Shown here piece by piece: positions 9,695 to 19,185 of a stretch of 64,000 bases of DNA. Numbering within the stretch: the stretch's first letter is position 1; every line of letters begins with the position of its first letter. The translations under genes were made by a program, and so were the position numbers. The stretch comes from an uncultured Lentisphaeria bacterium. GTDB taxonomy: Bacteria > Verrucomicrobiota > Lentisphaeria > Victivallales > UBA1829. Location of the stretch: assembly GCA_905197955.1 (NCBI GenBank), contig CAJKAR010000021.1:7763-71762 (forward strand), in the 5' to 3' direction. The notes under the pieces were generated by a model. It was given only the letters and a program-made list of their open reading frames with translations, was not told where the DNA came from and did no database searches.

Positions 9695-12661
9695 TCACAC
9701 GCCGGCAAGCGTGGACTTGTACTTTGCCACCATCTCCTCCACCGGAATCTCCACGACTCCGGAAGCGGAACGGAAGCTCAATTTTCCGCTCTCATCCGTC
9801 GCTCCGACCTCCGCGAACGGAACGCCGGAGAAGATCTCTTTCAGCTTCGGCACATCGGCTTTCGCGCAGGTAATCAGGAAGCGGCTGTTCGATTCGGAGA
9901 ACAGAAGTTCCAGATCGCTCATCGGCACATCCGCCGGAACGGAAGCCAGATCAATCGACATACCAAGACGGCCGCCCATTGCGGAACGCGCAGCGGCAAT
10001 CGCAAGTCCGCCGATCGCGGGAGAGATCGCGGAATGGATCAATCCGGCATTCAGCGCCTTGTGATAGGCTTCATAGGTTTTGTTGGCCATCGCGGCATCG
10101 ACTTTCGGAACATCCGTACCGATCTTGCCGAGCATTGCAAAATATTCACTGCCGCCGAGCTCGCGCTTTGTCGCGCCGATCACGCAGACGGCATCCCCGG
10201 CGAGTTTGGCGTCGATGGAAACGGCCTTCGACACATCGTCGATTTTGCCCATGACGCTGAACAGAACGGTCGGCGGAATGGAGATCTTTCTGCCGCCGCG
10301 GGTGCTGTCGTTCTTCATGCTGTCCTTTCCGGAAACGCAGGGAACCGTAAAGGCGAGCGCATAATCGTAAAGAGCCTGGTTGGCACGGACAAGCTGAGCC
10401 ATTTTGTATTCGCCGTCGGGAGTCTTTTCGCTCTGGACGGGATCCGGCCAGCAGAAGTTGTCGAGTCCGGCAAGGTGTTTCGGGTCGGCGCCGACCGCGA
10501 CCGCTTCGCGGATCGCGACATCCATCGTGGACGCCATCATGTGATAGGTATCAATATCGCTGTAACGCGGCATGATGCCGGCGGAAAGAACAACGCCCTC
10601 ACGGGTCAGCGGCTCGACCATGAAGACGGTCGCATCGGAAGCGACATCGCGGTTCACTCCCGTATACGGCTTGATGACGCTGAGCCCCTTCACTTCGTGA
10701 TCGTACTGGCGCGCTTTGTATTCGCCGGAACAGACGTTCAGCTGCGTCAGCATGGAGAGCACATCCGCCTTGACGCTGCGTCCTGCCAGATCGGGATTGT
10801 CGAACTTCTTCGGCTCCCAGGTGGCACGGAGATGCATCCGGGGAAGTCCCTCGTGCATGAAGGCAATGTCGATGCAGGCAACGACTTTGTCGCCGTACAG
10901 CATACAGAACTTGCCGTCATCGGTGAATTCGCCGAGCACGGTTGCTTCCACATCGCGCTCCTTCGCCACGCGGAGGAACTCTTCGATATTTTCCGGCGGA
11001 ACCGCAAAGCTCATGCGCTCCTGCGCCTCGGAAACGAGAATCTCCCAGGGTTTGAGTCCGGCGTACTTCAGCGGAGCCTTCGCAAGATCCATGCGGCATC
11101 CGTTGGAAATCGACGCCATTTCGCCGACGCTGGAGGAGAGGCCGCCCGCGCCGTTGTCGGTGACAAACCGATAGAGGTTGCGGTCGCGGATCTCGTAAAT
11201 GAAATCGGACATCTTCTTCTGCGTAATCGGGTCGCCGATCTGCACCGCCTGCACGGGACTGTCCTTATGCAGCTCTTCGCTGGAGAAGGTCGCTCCGTGA
11301 ATGCCGTCCTTGCCGATTCGTCCGCCGGTCATGACGATCAGATCGCCCGGTTTGATCGTCTTGGTCCAGCCGTCCACCTTGCCGACCTTTTTCGGCAAAG
11401 TTCCGAGCGTTCCGCAGTAGACCAGCGGCTTTCCGATATAGCGCTCATCGAAGCGCTCCCAGCCGATTCCGTAGGGAATGCCGCTCTGGTTGCCGCCGTC
11501 GATCACGCCCTTGTGGACGCCGTCGCGCAGACGCCGCGGATGCAGAAGCCCTTCCGGCACATCCTTCGGATCGGTGAACGGCGAACCGAGGCAGTACCCC
11601 CACACATTGATCAGGAGATCGGCGCCCTGCCCTGTTCCGAGCGGGTCGCGGTTCACGCCGACGATTCCGGTCATCGCGCCCCCGTAGGGATCCAGCGCGG
11701 ACGGGCTGTTATGTGTCTCGACCTTGAACACAAGATCCAGTTTATCGTTGAATTTAATCACGCCGGCGTTGTCCGTGAACACGGAAACGAGCCAGTCAAC
11801 CTTCTTTGCAATCTCCTTTGTCCCCTTCTGAATGAAGGTTTTGTAAAGAGAGGTGAAGGTCTCCTTTTTACCGGTGGTGCGGTCCAGATATTCGACCTCG
11901 GCGCTGAAAATTTTATGTTTGCAGTGTTCGGACCAGGTCTGTGCGAGGATCTCCAGCTCGACATCAGTCGGCTTGTCGAGACCGAACTTCGCGCGGTCCT
12001 TCGCATTGCGGAAATAGTTCTGAATCGACTTCATCTCTTCGAGCGAAAGCGCCAGCGTACCTTTCCGGGAAATCTCCATGAGTTCATCGTCGGAGACTTC
12101 GAGATCAATCAGCCGGACCTCACCTCCGCCGATACCGTTCACGACCGGTTTGTTCAGCGGCATACCGTTCTTTTCCACCTCCGCGCGGGAGAGCACTTTG
12201 ACAGTCTCAATCAGTTCATTGGCAAGGATTCCGCGAGCGATTTCCGCAACTTTTTCCGCGGTCAATGCGGGAGCCTGGAAGAGATATTCAATCGAGCTGT
12301 AAACATCTTCGCCGGGGACCAGCTTTCTGCCGATGATATCGCCGACTGCCTCGCGAGCGGTGCGGCCGACGTTGTCGGTCACGCCGGGACGATATCCCAC
12401 CGCCACGACCCAGTCGAAATCAAACACCTCTCCCGGCGCAGTCTCCCCCACCTTATAATACTGGAGCACAGGATTCGCCAGTTCCTTTGCAATTTTTTCC
12501 GCCTGCGCCCGGTCAATATCGGCGGAGACGGTGAAGACATCCCTGGTCCGGACGGAAACAACGTTCTCATGAAGAAAATCCGTAATCTTCTTCAACGCCG
12601 CCTCGCCTCTTGCGTCATGCCATTCCGGCTTGACAGCGATTTCGATTCTGTGATCCATCAT
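9695..12661 (-). CDS. purL: Phosphoribosylformylglycinamidine synthase, PurS-PurS-PurL fusion (no glutaminase domain)
   Basis: 988 aa. The core has the FGAM synthase II blocks (HCKHKIF, VETHNSPSALDPYGGA, DNGAGGLSS, DCTGDG-like AIR-synthase repeats). The N-terminal ~220 aa look like two PurS-like modules. Confidence 0.9.
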   Translation of the reverse strand: MMDHRIEIAVKPEWHDARGEAALKKITDFLHENVVSVRTRDVFTVSADIDRAQAEKIAKELANPVLQYYKVGETAPGEVFDFDWVVAVGYRPGVTDNVGRTAREAVGDIIGRKLVPGEDVYSSIEYLFQAPALTAEKVAEIARGILANELIETVKVLSRAEVEKNGMPLNKPVVNGIGGGEVRLIDLEVSDDELMEISRKGTLALSLEEMKSIQNYFRNAKDRAKFGLDKPTDVELEILAQTWSEHCKHKIFSAEVEYLDRTTGKKETFTSLYKTFIQKGTKEIAKKVDWLVSVFTDNAGVIKFNDKLDLVFKVETHNSPSALDPYGGAMTGIVGVNRDPLGTGQGADLLINVWGYCLGSPFTDPKDVPEGLLHPRRLRDGVHKGVIDGGNQSGIPYGIGWERFDERYIGKPLVYCGTLGTLPKKVGKVDGWTKTIKPGDLIVMTGGRIGKDGIHGATFSSEELHKDSPVQAVQIGDPITQKKMSDFIYEIRDRNLYRFVTDNGAGGLSSSVGEMASISNGCRMDLAKAPLKYAGLKPWEILVSEAQERMSFAVPPENIEEFLRVAKERDVEATVLGEFTDDGKFCMLYGDKVVACIDIAFMHEGLPRMHLRATWEPKKFDNPDLAGRSVKADVLSMLTQLNVCSGEYKARQYDHEVKGLSVIKPYTGVNRDVASDATVFMVEPLTREGVVLSAGIMPRYSDIDTYHMMASTMDVAIREAVAVGADPKHLAGLDNFCWPDPVQSEKTPDGEYKMAQLVRANQALYDYALAFTVPCVSGKDSMKNDSTRGGRKISIPPTVLFSVMGKIDDVSKAVSIDAKLAGDAVCVIGATKRELGGSEYFAMLGKIGTDVPKVDAAMANKTYEAYHKALNAGLIHSAISPAIGGLAIAAARSAMGGRLGMSIDLASVPADVPMSDLELLFSESNSRFLITCAKADVPKLKEIFSGVPFAEVGATDESGKLSFRSASGVVEIPVEEMVAKYKSTLAGV

Positions 12662-12757
12662 TTTTTCCCTTGTCCTTTCAGTTTGAAAAACATGCCGGTA
12701 AGATACATCGGAATCGGACTTTTTTCAACAAATCTTCCGGAAAAAAGAGGGGATGCG

Positions 12758-13636
12758 TCACGCTTTGATCTCCGAACTTCTCCCCGCCGCTCCGGACTCT
12801 TCCGCAAAACAGTGCGAACGGTACCGCAGCGGAGTCATTCCATAGCGTTCCTTGAAGAGCTTCGAGAGATACGCCGAATCCGAAAAATTGAGAAATTCCG
12901 TGATCTCGCCGATCCGATGATTTGTCTCCCGCAGCTGCCGTGCCGCCTCCTCCAGTTTGATATTCCGCACATACTCCGCAGGCGTTTCCGGAAAATACAT
13001 CCGCCAGTACCGGAAAAAGGTCCGGCGCGACATCCCGTGCTCCCGCGCCAGCGCCTCCAGATCCATCTCCCGGTTGAAATGAAACTTCAACGCCGAAGCA
13101 ATCGCCATGATCCTGTCATGATTGCACTCATGGTCTGTTTTCGGCTTTTTTCTCATGAAAATCAACTCCTGAAGCAGCTGGAAGCACGCCACATCGACCC
13201 GGTCCGCCACGCCGTATTCCAGAGAGTGATTCTGGTAATCGGTCAACCGGCGGATCAGTTCCGTGATCTCTCCGCTGAGTTCGATCTCCCACGCGATCTC
13301 CTCCGGCAGAATCTTCTGCGCTCTCATCGCCTCCAGCGACTTCAGCGAGTAGCTGAAATGAAACGAGTTACGCGGATAGGGAAGCGCATAGGTAATCGGA
13401 CGGAACGGATATTTGATCAGGACATGCGGAAAACGTGTTCTGTAAACGTTCCCGTCGATCCGATCCACGGCGAACTCCTCCTCGCCGGACGAGATCCGGA
13501 TACAGACCTCGAACTTGTCCGTGAAATAAAAATCATACGCCTTCCGCTGTTCCCCGACCGTGCTTCCAAACCGTTTCACAGGAAACGGAAACGGCACAAC
13601 TCTCTTCTGTGCGGAAAGATCCGTTTCATACAGCAT
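12758..13636 (-). CDS. AraC family transcriptional regulator
   Basis: C-terminal double HTH (HGMSRRTFFRYWRMYF...ITEFLNFSDSAYLSKLFKERYGMTPLRYR). I prefer the ATG at 13636 because AGGAGG lies 7 nt upstream. Divergent from the GH16 gene. Confidence 0.85.
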   Translation of the reverse strand: MLYETDLSAQKRVVPFPFPVKRFGSTVGEQRKAYDFYFTDKFEVCIRISSGEEEFAVDRIDGNVYRTRFPHVLIKYPFRPITYALPYPRNSFHFSYSLKSLEAMRAQKILPEEIAWEIELSGEITELIRRLTDYQNHSLEYGVADRVDVACFQLLQELIFMRKKPKTDHECNHDRIMAIASALKFHFNREMDLEALAREHGMSRRTFFRYWRMYFPETPAEYVRNIKLEEAARQLRETNHRIGEITEFLNFSDSAYLSKLFKERYGMTPLRYRSHCFAEESGAAGRSSEIKA

Positions 13637-13703
13637 CTTCAGGCCTCCTGTTTGAAGAATCCTCAATACTTTATCATGAAACATTCCATAGAACAAGAAA
13701 ATC

Positions 13704-13731
13704 TGGCACAAATCTTCTGATTTTTTGGCAC
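13704..13731. promoter_or_regulatory. Two TGGCAC boxes 22 bp apart in the AraC/GH16 divergent region (candidate operator half-sites)
   Basis: TGGCAC occurs at 13704-13709 and 13726-13731. This is about two helical turns, as expected for AraC-type direct-repeat sites. Confidence 0.25.
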
Positions 13732-13826
13732 GCCTCTCTCTTGCGAAAGAAAGGAAAACAGGTTACATTCCATAATAAAACAATCCGGCGCGTCAAGGCG
13801 TCAAACCACAAAAAAAGGATGGCAAA

Positions 13827-14657
13827 ATGACAGATCATGCCAAAAGTATGCTCCCCGCAGGCAAAAAATGGAAACTTGTCTGGCACGATGAATTCGACGG
13901 CACGGAACTCGACCGCACCAAATGGGATTTCCGACTGCATCTGCTCCAGCAGCGCCACAACACATTCACCGACGAAGGCGCAGTACTCGACGGAAAAGGG
14001 AATCTTCTCCTCACCCTCATCGAAAAGGACGGACAGTTCTATTCGCCGCATCTCCAGACCGGTTACAACTTCATGGACCGTCCCGGAAAAATCTTCTACG
14101 AAGCCGATCAGAGCGCTAAAAAAGAGAGAATGTTCTGGCCGATCGCCAAGCTCCAGGAACCGAAATTCATGCACAAATACGGCTACTATGAGATCCGCTG
14201 CAAACTTCAGACTCAGCCCGGATGGTGGTCGGCGTTCTGGCTCCAGTCCCCGATTATCGGAGCAACCCTGAATCCGGAGGAGTGCGGAGTGGAAGTCGAT
14301 ATCATGGAAAGTTTCGCCCCGAACGGAATCGTCTCCCACAACAACCACTGGGGCGGATATGGCGACGATCATCAGCATGTCGGCTCCGGAGAACGGAAGC
14401 TGGAGGAGACTCCCGACGGATTCCATGTCTTCGGACTCGACTGGAGCGAAAACGGATATGTCTACTACATCGACGGCAAAGAGTCGTGGCGCGTCGACGG
14501 CCCCGTTTCGCATCGCGAACAGTTCATCCTGATCTCCACCGAATGCATGGGCTACCGGTACAGCGATCAGCCCGATGAAAAACTCAAAAAAGCCGTGCTT
14601 CCCGACTATTTCATCGTCGATTATGTCCGCGTCTACGACGAAGTGAAAGAATCATAA
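13827..14657 (+). CDS. Glycoside hydrolase family 16 (beta-glucanase/laminarinase-like), leaderless
   Basis: 276 aa. GH16 catalytic motif EVDIME, WHDEFDG start and WSAFWL block. No signal peptide. Confidence 0.85.
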   Translation: MTDHAKSMLPAGKKWKLVWHDEFDGTELDRTKWDFRLHLLQQRHNTFTDEGAVLDGKGNLLLTLIEKDGQFYSPHLQTGYNFMDRPGKIFYEADQSAKKERMFWPIAKLQEPKFMHKYGYYEIRCKLQTQPGWWSAFWLQSPIIGATLNPEECGVEVDIMESFAPNGIVSHNNHWGGYGDDHQHVGSGERKLEETPDGFHVFGLDWSENGYVYYIDGKESWRVDGPVSHREQFILISTECMGYRYSDQPDEKLKKAVLPDYFIVDYVRVYDEVKES

Positions 14658-14732
14658 ATCTTCCGGATTCTCCGGCAGACTGGCAGAAAAAAAATCTCTC
14701 CGCCTGCCGGGGTCTTTTCTTGATCGTGATAT

Positions 14733-14756
14733 CTTAATCTATAACTTAATCTATAA
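14733..14756. repeat. Perfect tandem 12-mer x2 (CTTAATCTATAA)
   Basis: 14733-14744 equals 14745-14756. A partial third unit overlaps the AraC stop codon (14759-14761). Confidence 0.95.
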
Positions 14757-14758
14757 AC

Positions 14759-15628
14759 TTACGCGCGCGAGGCTCCCGGCGAAGCGCCAGTCCGCTTCCG
14801 GTAGACGCGAATAAAGTAGTTCGGATCGTGAAATCCGCAGGCAAACGCGATCTCCCGCACCGTCATGGAAGTTCCTTGCAGCAGCTTCGAGGCATGTTCC
14901 AGACGCCGCACCAGCAGATAGTCCAGAGGCGAAATTCCCAGTTCGCGTTTGAACACTTTTGATAAATGGTTCGGCGTCACGCTTGCCTCCTCCGCCAGAA
15001 GCGCCACGGAAAGCTCCGGATCGCTGAAGGTGCTGTCGATGCGGTTTTTCGTCCGGAAAAAGGTCCGGTTTGAACGCTTCTCTTCACCAAATTTCCCCTC
15101 CTCCGCAGTCTCCTGAAAGAGAAGTCCCAGAATTTCCAGCAAAACCCCTTTCCGTTCCAGCATCCGTCCCGGCGAATCGGGATAGATTTGAAAATGACGC
15201 CGGATCCGTTCCGGGAACTCCGGCGGAACGCGGCGGCGGAAAAACGGAAGTTCCATGCCGGAAGGAAACTCCGGAAGCGCCGCGGCAAGCTCCGGACGGT
15301 ATTCCTGAACATCATCGGCATACACGAAAATCAGAGGCGCCTCCCGATGCGCCCGGCAGTCGGAATACCAGTCGAAATGAATACACCAGCGCTCCACGGC
15401 GGAATCGGCAATCGTGCAATGCGTCATTCCAGGCGGAATGAGAATCGCCGAGCCGCCGGAACAGTAAAACGTTCCTCGTTCGGTCACGACCCGCCCTTCG
15501 CCGCGACTGAAGTAGACCAGTTCAAAATCGTAAATTCTGCGATTCGGCTCAATTCGTCCGCGCGGCCAGGAACCGCTCCACACGGGGCCGTGTCCGGGAT
15601 TCAGGGTCGCAAGCAGGTCAAAAAGCAT
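14759..15628 (-). CDS. AraC family transcriptional regulator (cupin sensor + HTH)
   Basis: C-terminal HTH (ASVTPNHLSKVFKRELGISPLDYL...IAFACGFHDPNYFIRVYRKRTG) and an N-terminal cupin-like domain. I prefer the ATG at 15628 (MLFDLL...). Confidence 0.85.
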   Translation of the reverse strand: MLFDLLATLNPGHGPVWSGSWPRGRIEPNRRIYDFELVYFSRGEGRVVTERGTFYCSGGSAILIPPGMTHCTIADSAVERWCIHFDWYSDCRAHREAPLIFVYADDVQEYRPELAAALPEFPSGMELPFFRRRVPPEFPERIRRHFQIYPDSPGRMLERKGVLLEILGLLFQETAEEGKFGEEKRSNRTFFRTKNRIDSTFSDPELSVALLAEEASVTPNHLSKVFKRELGISPLDYLLVRRLEHASKLLQGTSMTVREIAFACGFHDPNYFIRVYRKRTGASPGASRA

Positions 15629-15725
15629 AATTTGTGCTGTTTTTGATAGATTTTTCTTCTGTTCATTTTTCTTTTTTCCCTTATAATATACAAGATACTC
15701 GAAATTTTTACAAAGGAGATACATC

Positions 15726-17789
15726 ATGGAGTGGATGGAAAAATGCTATTCCAGACTTCTGATCGACAATCACATCACAGATCTTCTTCCGGAATTCATG
15801 AGCCGCTTTGATCCGCGGAACTATGTGGAAATGGTCAAACTTGCCGGAGTGGAAGCCTCCATGGTCTACGCCTGCGACCACAACGGCAACTGCTATTACC
15901 CGACATGCAGCGGGCATCCGCATGGAAATCTGAACGGACGGGATCTTTTCGGAGAAACCGTCGAACTTCTGAGAAAAGAGCGGATCGTGCCGATCGCCTA
16001 CTACACGATCATCTATCACAACTGGTCGGCGAAAAACCATGAATCCTGGCGCATGCGGGACTGCGAAGGGAACACGCACGGCGGACGCTATCATTACAGC
16101 TGTCCGAACAACGCGGAGTACGGAGCATTCTGCCGGAAACAGCTCGAAGAGGTTACCGCCTATCCTGTTGCCGGACTCTTCATCGACATGACCTTCTGGC
16201 CGATGGTCTGTTTCTGCGACTCCTGCCGTGCGGCGTGGCGGAAGGAGTCCGGACGCGAGATCCCGACCGTTATCGACTGGCAGAATCCCGAATGGGTCGC
16301 CTTCCAGCGCTGGCGCGAACGCTCCATGGCGGAATTCGGACAGATGCTGACCGATCACGTCAAACGTCTCCATCCGGAGATGAGCGTAACGCATCAGTTC
16401 TCCCCGGTTCTCCACGGCTGGTTCCTCGGGCAGAGCTCCGGAACGGCGGATGCCTCCGATTACGCATCCGGCGATTTCTACGGAGGAAAGGCGCAGCAGA
16501 GGATCGGAGCAAAAATCTTTTCCGCCTACTCGAAACATCAGCCGTTTGAATTCATGACCTCGCGCTGTGTCGATTTGCACGACCACACCTCGACCAAGTC
16601 CGACGACGAACTCTTTCTGCATGCAGTCACCACGCTCGCCAACGGAGGCGCCTACTTCTTCATCGACGCGATCCATCCGGACGGCACGCTGAATCGGAAT
16701 TTCTATCAGCGCCTCCACAAGACCGTGCGCCGTCTGGAGCCGTTCAAGGAGATGGTGAAAAAACATGTTCCAGTCCTCTCCGCCCGGACCGCTCTCTATT
16801 TTTCCATGACCGGATGCGTGAACGAATCGCTGAACGGCGTCCCGATTTCAAAAATGAGCGAGGGCGGAGGAAATATGGACAACCGGAAAAACGCACTGGT
16901 CGATGAAATCACCGCGGCTGGCGCGATCCTCAGCAAACTTCACATTCCGTACCGGGTTGTCACAGACCGGACGAGCGATTTTTCGGAATTCAAAACCATG
17001 ATCGTCTGTGCCGCGGCGTACCTGTCGGACGCGGAGTGCGAACGGCTCCGGAGCTTCGTGGAAAACGGCGGAACGCTGATCGCCACCGGAAAGACCTCTC
17101 TTTACGATCCAGAAGGCCGATGCACCGGCGATTTCCGTCTTGCCGACGTCTTCGGAATCTCCTGGAGCGGGAAAATGACCGATGCGGTCAGCTATCTGGA
17201 TCCCGGAAAAGGAAGGGATCTGATTTCGGTCCGCGGCCCCTGCTCCCCGCTGGTGAAAGCGACCACGGCGGAGGTGCGCGGAACGGTCGTCCTCCCGCAT
17301 TTCCCCTGCGACGATCCGGAACGCTATGCCTCGATCCACTCCAATCCGCCGGGTATCCCGACGGAATACGCAGGACTCACAATCAACCGCTGCGGCAAGG
17401 GGCGATGCATCTATCTCTATTCTCCGCTCCTGATGCACCGCCAGTATTCACAGGAGCAGTTCGGAATGGAACTGTTCGCGGAATTCGCGCCGGAATTCGT
17501 GACCGCGTCGGAACATCTTCCGGGAAGCACGGAACTCACCTTGCTGAAGAGCTCAAAGGAAAATGCATATCTGCTCGGAATCGTCAACTATCAGGAGGAA
17601 CTGCCGAACATCCCGCTGCATGAGGTTTCGATTTCGATCCGTCTGCCGGAAGGATTCATTCCGGAACAGCTGGTCCGCGCATCCGACGGAACGGATCTGG
17701 AATTCACCTTCCGGGACGGTGTTCTCTCCATTCAACTGCACACACTGCAAAATGCGGAAATCTTAGAACTCAGGGAGAAGAAAAAATGA
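15726..17789 (+). CDS. GHL6/GH42-like glycoside hydrolase with beta-galactosidase-trimerisation (GATase1-like) domain, leaderless
   Basis: 687 aa. N-terminal TIM-barrel-like region with a Cys cluster (FCDSC). The middle region (TMIVCAAAYLSDAECERLRSFVENGGTLIATG) resembles the GH42 middle domain. AAGGAG lies 7 nt upstream. Confidence 0.5.
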   Translation: MEWMEKCYSRLLIDNHITDLLPEFMSRFDPRNYVEMVKLAGVEASMVYACDHNGNCYYPTCSGHPHGNLNGRDLFGETVELLRKERIVPIAYYTIIYHNWSAKNHESWRMRDCEGNTHGGRYHYSCPNNAEYGAFCRKQLEEVTAYPVAGLFIDMTFWPMVCFCDSCRAAWRKESGREIPTVIDWQNPEWVAFQRWRERSMAEFGQMLTDHVKRLHPEMSVTHQFSPVLHGWFLGQSSGTADASDYASGDFYGGKAQQRIGAKIFSAYSKHQPFEFMTSRCVDLHDHTSTKSDDELFLHAVTTLANGGAYFFIDAIHPDGTLNRNFYQRLHKTVRRLEPFKEMVKKHVPVLSARTALYFSMTGCVNESLNGVPISKMSEGGGNMDNRKNALVDEITAAGAILSKLHIPYRVVTDRTSDFSEFKTMIVCAAAYLSDAECERLRSFVENGGTLIATGKTSLYDPEGRCTGDFRLADVFGISWSGKMTDAVSYLDPGKGRDLISVRGPCSPLVKATTAEVRGTVVLPHFPCDDPERYASIHSNPPGIPTEYAGLTINRCGKGRCIYLYSPLLMHRQYSQEQFGMELFAEFAPEFVTASEHLPGSTELTLLKSSKENAYLLGIVNYQEELPNIPLHEVSISIRLPEGFIPEQLVRASDGTDLEFTFRDGVLSIQLHTLQNAEILELREKKK

Positions 17790-18979
17790 ATCAGCTGAAA
17801 CTTGCATTCGAATCCGGAAACGGGATTCTGCGTCTGGCACCGAACTGGGTACCGCGCTCCTTCTGCATTCCGGGACGGCGCATCAAACTGCATCCGGACG
17901 ACTACTACGCGCTTGGCGGCGAACGCGGCGGCATCGACGAACGGTGGTTCGCCTCCACAACTCCGGCGGACAACGGGCCGCTGACTCCGAAAGACGAAGG
18001 GGTCAGCCGGGTGGTCTGCGAAAACAACGAACTTGTCACTCTGCGCGATGCGGTCGAAGAGCTCGGCGCGGATCTGATCGGGGAACGGCTCTGGAACGAA
18101 TATCACGCATGGCCGATCTTTTCGAAATTCTTCGACAATCTCGGTCCGCTGCCGCACCACATCCATCACCGGGACCGGCACGCAAAGCTCGTCGGACAGC
18201 GCGGCAAACCGGAATGCTACTATTTTCCTCCTCAGCTCAATAATCACGGAGGACATTTCCCGTACACATTCTTCGGTCTGGAACCGGGAACAACGAAAGA
18301 TCAGGTCCGCGAGTGTCTGAAAAATTTCACAAAGGGCGACAACAAACTGACCAATCTTTCCCGCGCCTATCGGCTTGAGCCCGGAACCGGATGGGATGTC
18401 CCGCCCGGACTTCTCCATGCGCCGGGAAGCCTCTGCACCTACGAGCCGCAGGCGGCGTCGGATGTCTACGCCATGTACCAGTCGCTGGTGGACAACCAGA
18501 TCGTGCCGGAATCCCTGCTCTGGAAAGACTGTCCGAAAGACAAACTCGGCGATTATGACTATCTGCTCGACGTCATCGACTGGGAACTCAATGTCGATCC
18601 GGAATTGAAAGCGCATCGTTTCATGAGTCCGCGTCCGGTCCGTCCGGAAGCAGAAATGCTGGAAAACGGATACCGCGAACTCTGGGTCTGCTACAAGTCC
18701 GATGCCGTCAGCGCCAAGGAACTGACCGTTCTGCCGGGCCGGACCGCCATCATCCGGGACTCCGCCGCCTACGGTCTCATCATGATGCAGGGGCACGGCA
18801 CCATGAACAATCTGAAACTCGAAACACCCGCACTGATCCGCTTCGGACAGCTCACTTACGACGAATATTTCGTCTCCGAACAGGCCGCTCGGAAAGGCGT
18901 GAAAATCGTGAACGAATCTCTATCCGATCCGCTGGTCATGCTGAAACACTTCGGCCCGGCGAATCCCGATCTGAATTGA
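17786..18979 (+). CDS. Class I phosphomannose-isomerase-like cupin (sugar isomerase)
   Basis: 397 aa. The blocks ERWFAS, SKFFDNLGPLPHHIHH, PGLLHAPGS and YEPQAASD parallel the conserved metal-site blocks of type I PMI. ATGA overlap with the upstream gene. Confidence 0.45.
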   Translation: MNQLKLAFESGNGILRLAPNWVPRSFCIPGRRIKLHPDDYYALGGERGGIDERWFASTTPADNGPLTPKDEGVSRVVCENNELVTLRDAVEELGADLIGERLWNEYHAWPIFSKFFDNLGPLPHHIHHRDRHAKLVGQRGKPECYYFPPQLNNHGGHFPYTFFGLEPGTTKDQVRECLKNFTKGDNKLTNLSRAYRLEPGTGWDVPPGLLHAPGSLCTYEPQAASDVYAMYQSLVDNQIVPESLLWKDCPKDKLGDYDYLLDVIDWELNVDPELKAHRFMSPRPVRPEAEMLENGYRELWVCYKSDAVSAKELTVLPGRTAIIRDSAAYGLIMMQGHGTMNNLKLETPALIRFGQLTYDEYFVSEQAARKGVKIVNESLSDPLVMLKHFGPANPDLN

Positions 18980-18996
18980 AACTGCATTCCACGCGG

Positions 18997-19041
18997 GAAG
19001 CCTTCCGGATCTGCAAGGATCGGAAGGCTTCTCTCTTTTTT
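18997..19041 (+). terminator. Rho-independent terminator
   Basis: Stem GAAGCCTTCCG (18997-19007) / CGGAAGGCTTC (19021-19031), followed by TCTCTTTTTT. Confidence 0.85.
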
Positions 19042-19079
19042 CCCAGTTTCACGTCCAATTTCACTTATCATTTATCAAC

Positions 19080-19104
19080 AAAGTGAAAAGTTATGTGATA
19101 AGTA
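19080..19104 (+). promoter_or_regulatory. Operator-like motif copy 1 (AAAGTGAAAAGTTATGTGATAAGTA)
   Basis: 22 of 25 positions match the copy at 19215-19239. It contains the direct 11-nt units GTGAAAAGTTA and GTGATAAGTA. The inverted partner ACTTATCA is at 19063-19070. Confidence 0.4.
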
Positions 19105-19185
19105 TACACCCATGAAGCAATCGTCATTTCTTCTTGTTTTCAAGTATAAAAACAAACTTTTTTTCCATTTTTTCAAAAAGAACCA

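Noticed and set aside
9659-13720. 1353-aa + strand ORF, the longest in the track apart from the giant GH.
   Set aside because: It is antisense to purL and the AraC gene and in exact codon register with both: the lowest codon coordinate is congruent to 2 mod 3 for all three. In that register, antisense stops arise only from sense TTA, CTA or TCA codons, which this genome avoids, so the frame stays open by composition. The translation is Arg/Gly/His-rich junk, whereas both minus-strand genes carry unmistakable family motifs.
13704-13720. Sigma54 promoter (TGGCAC-N5-TTGC).
   Set aside because: The downstream element reads TTCT rather than TTGC. The second TGGCAC has N9 before TTGCG. There is no rpoN or enhancer-binding protein in the window. 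It is kept only as a possible AraC half-site pair.
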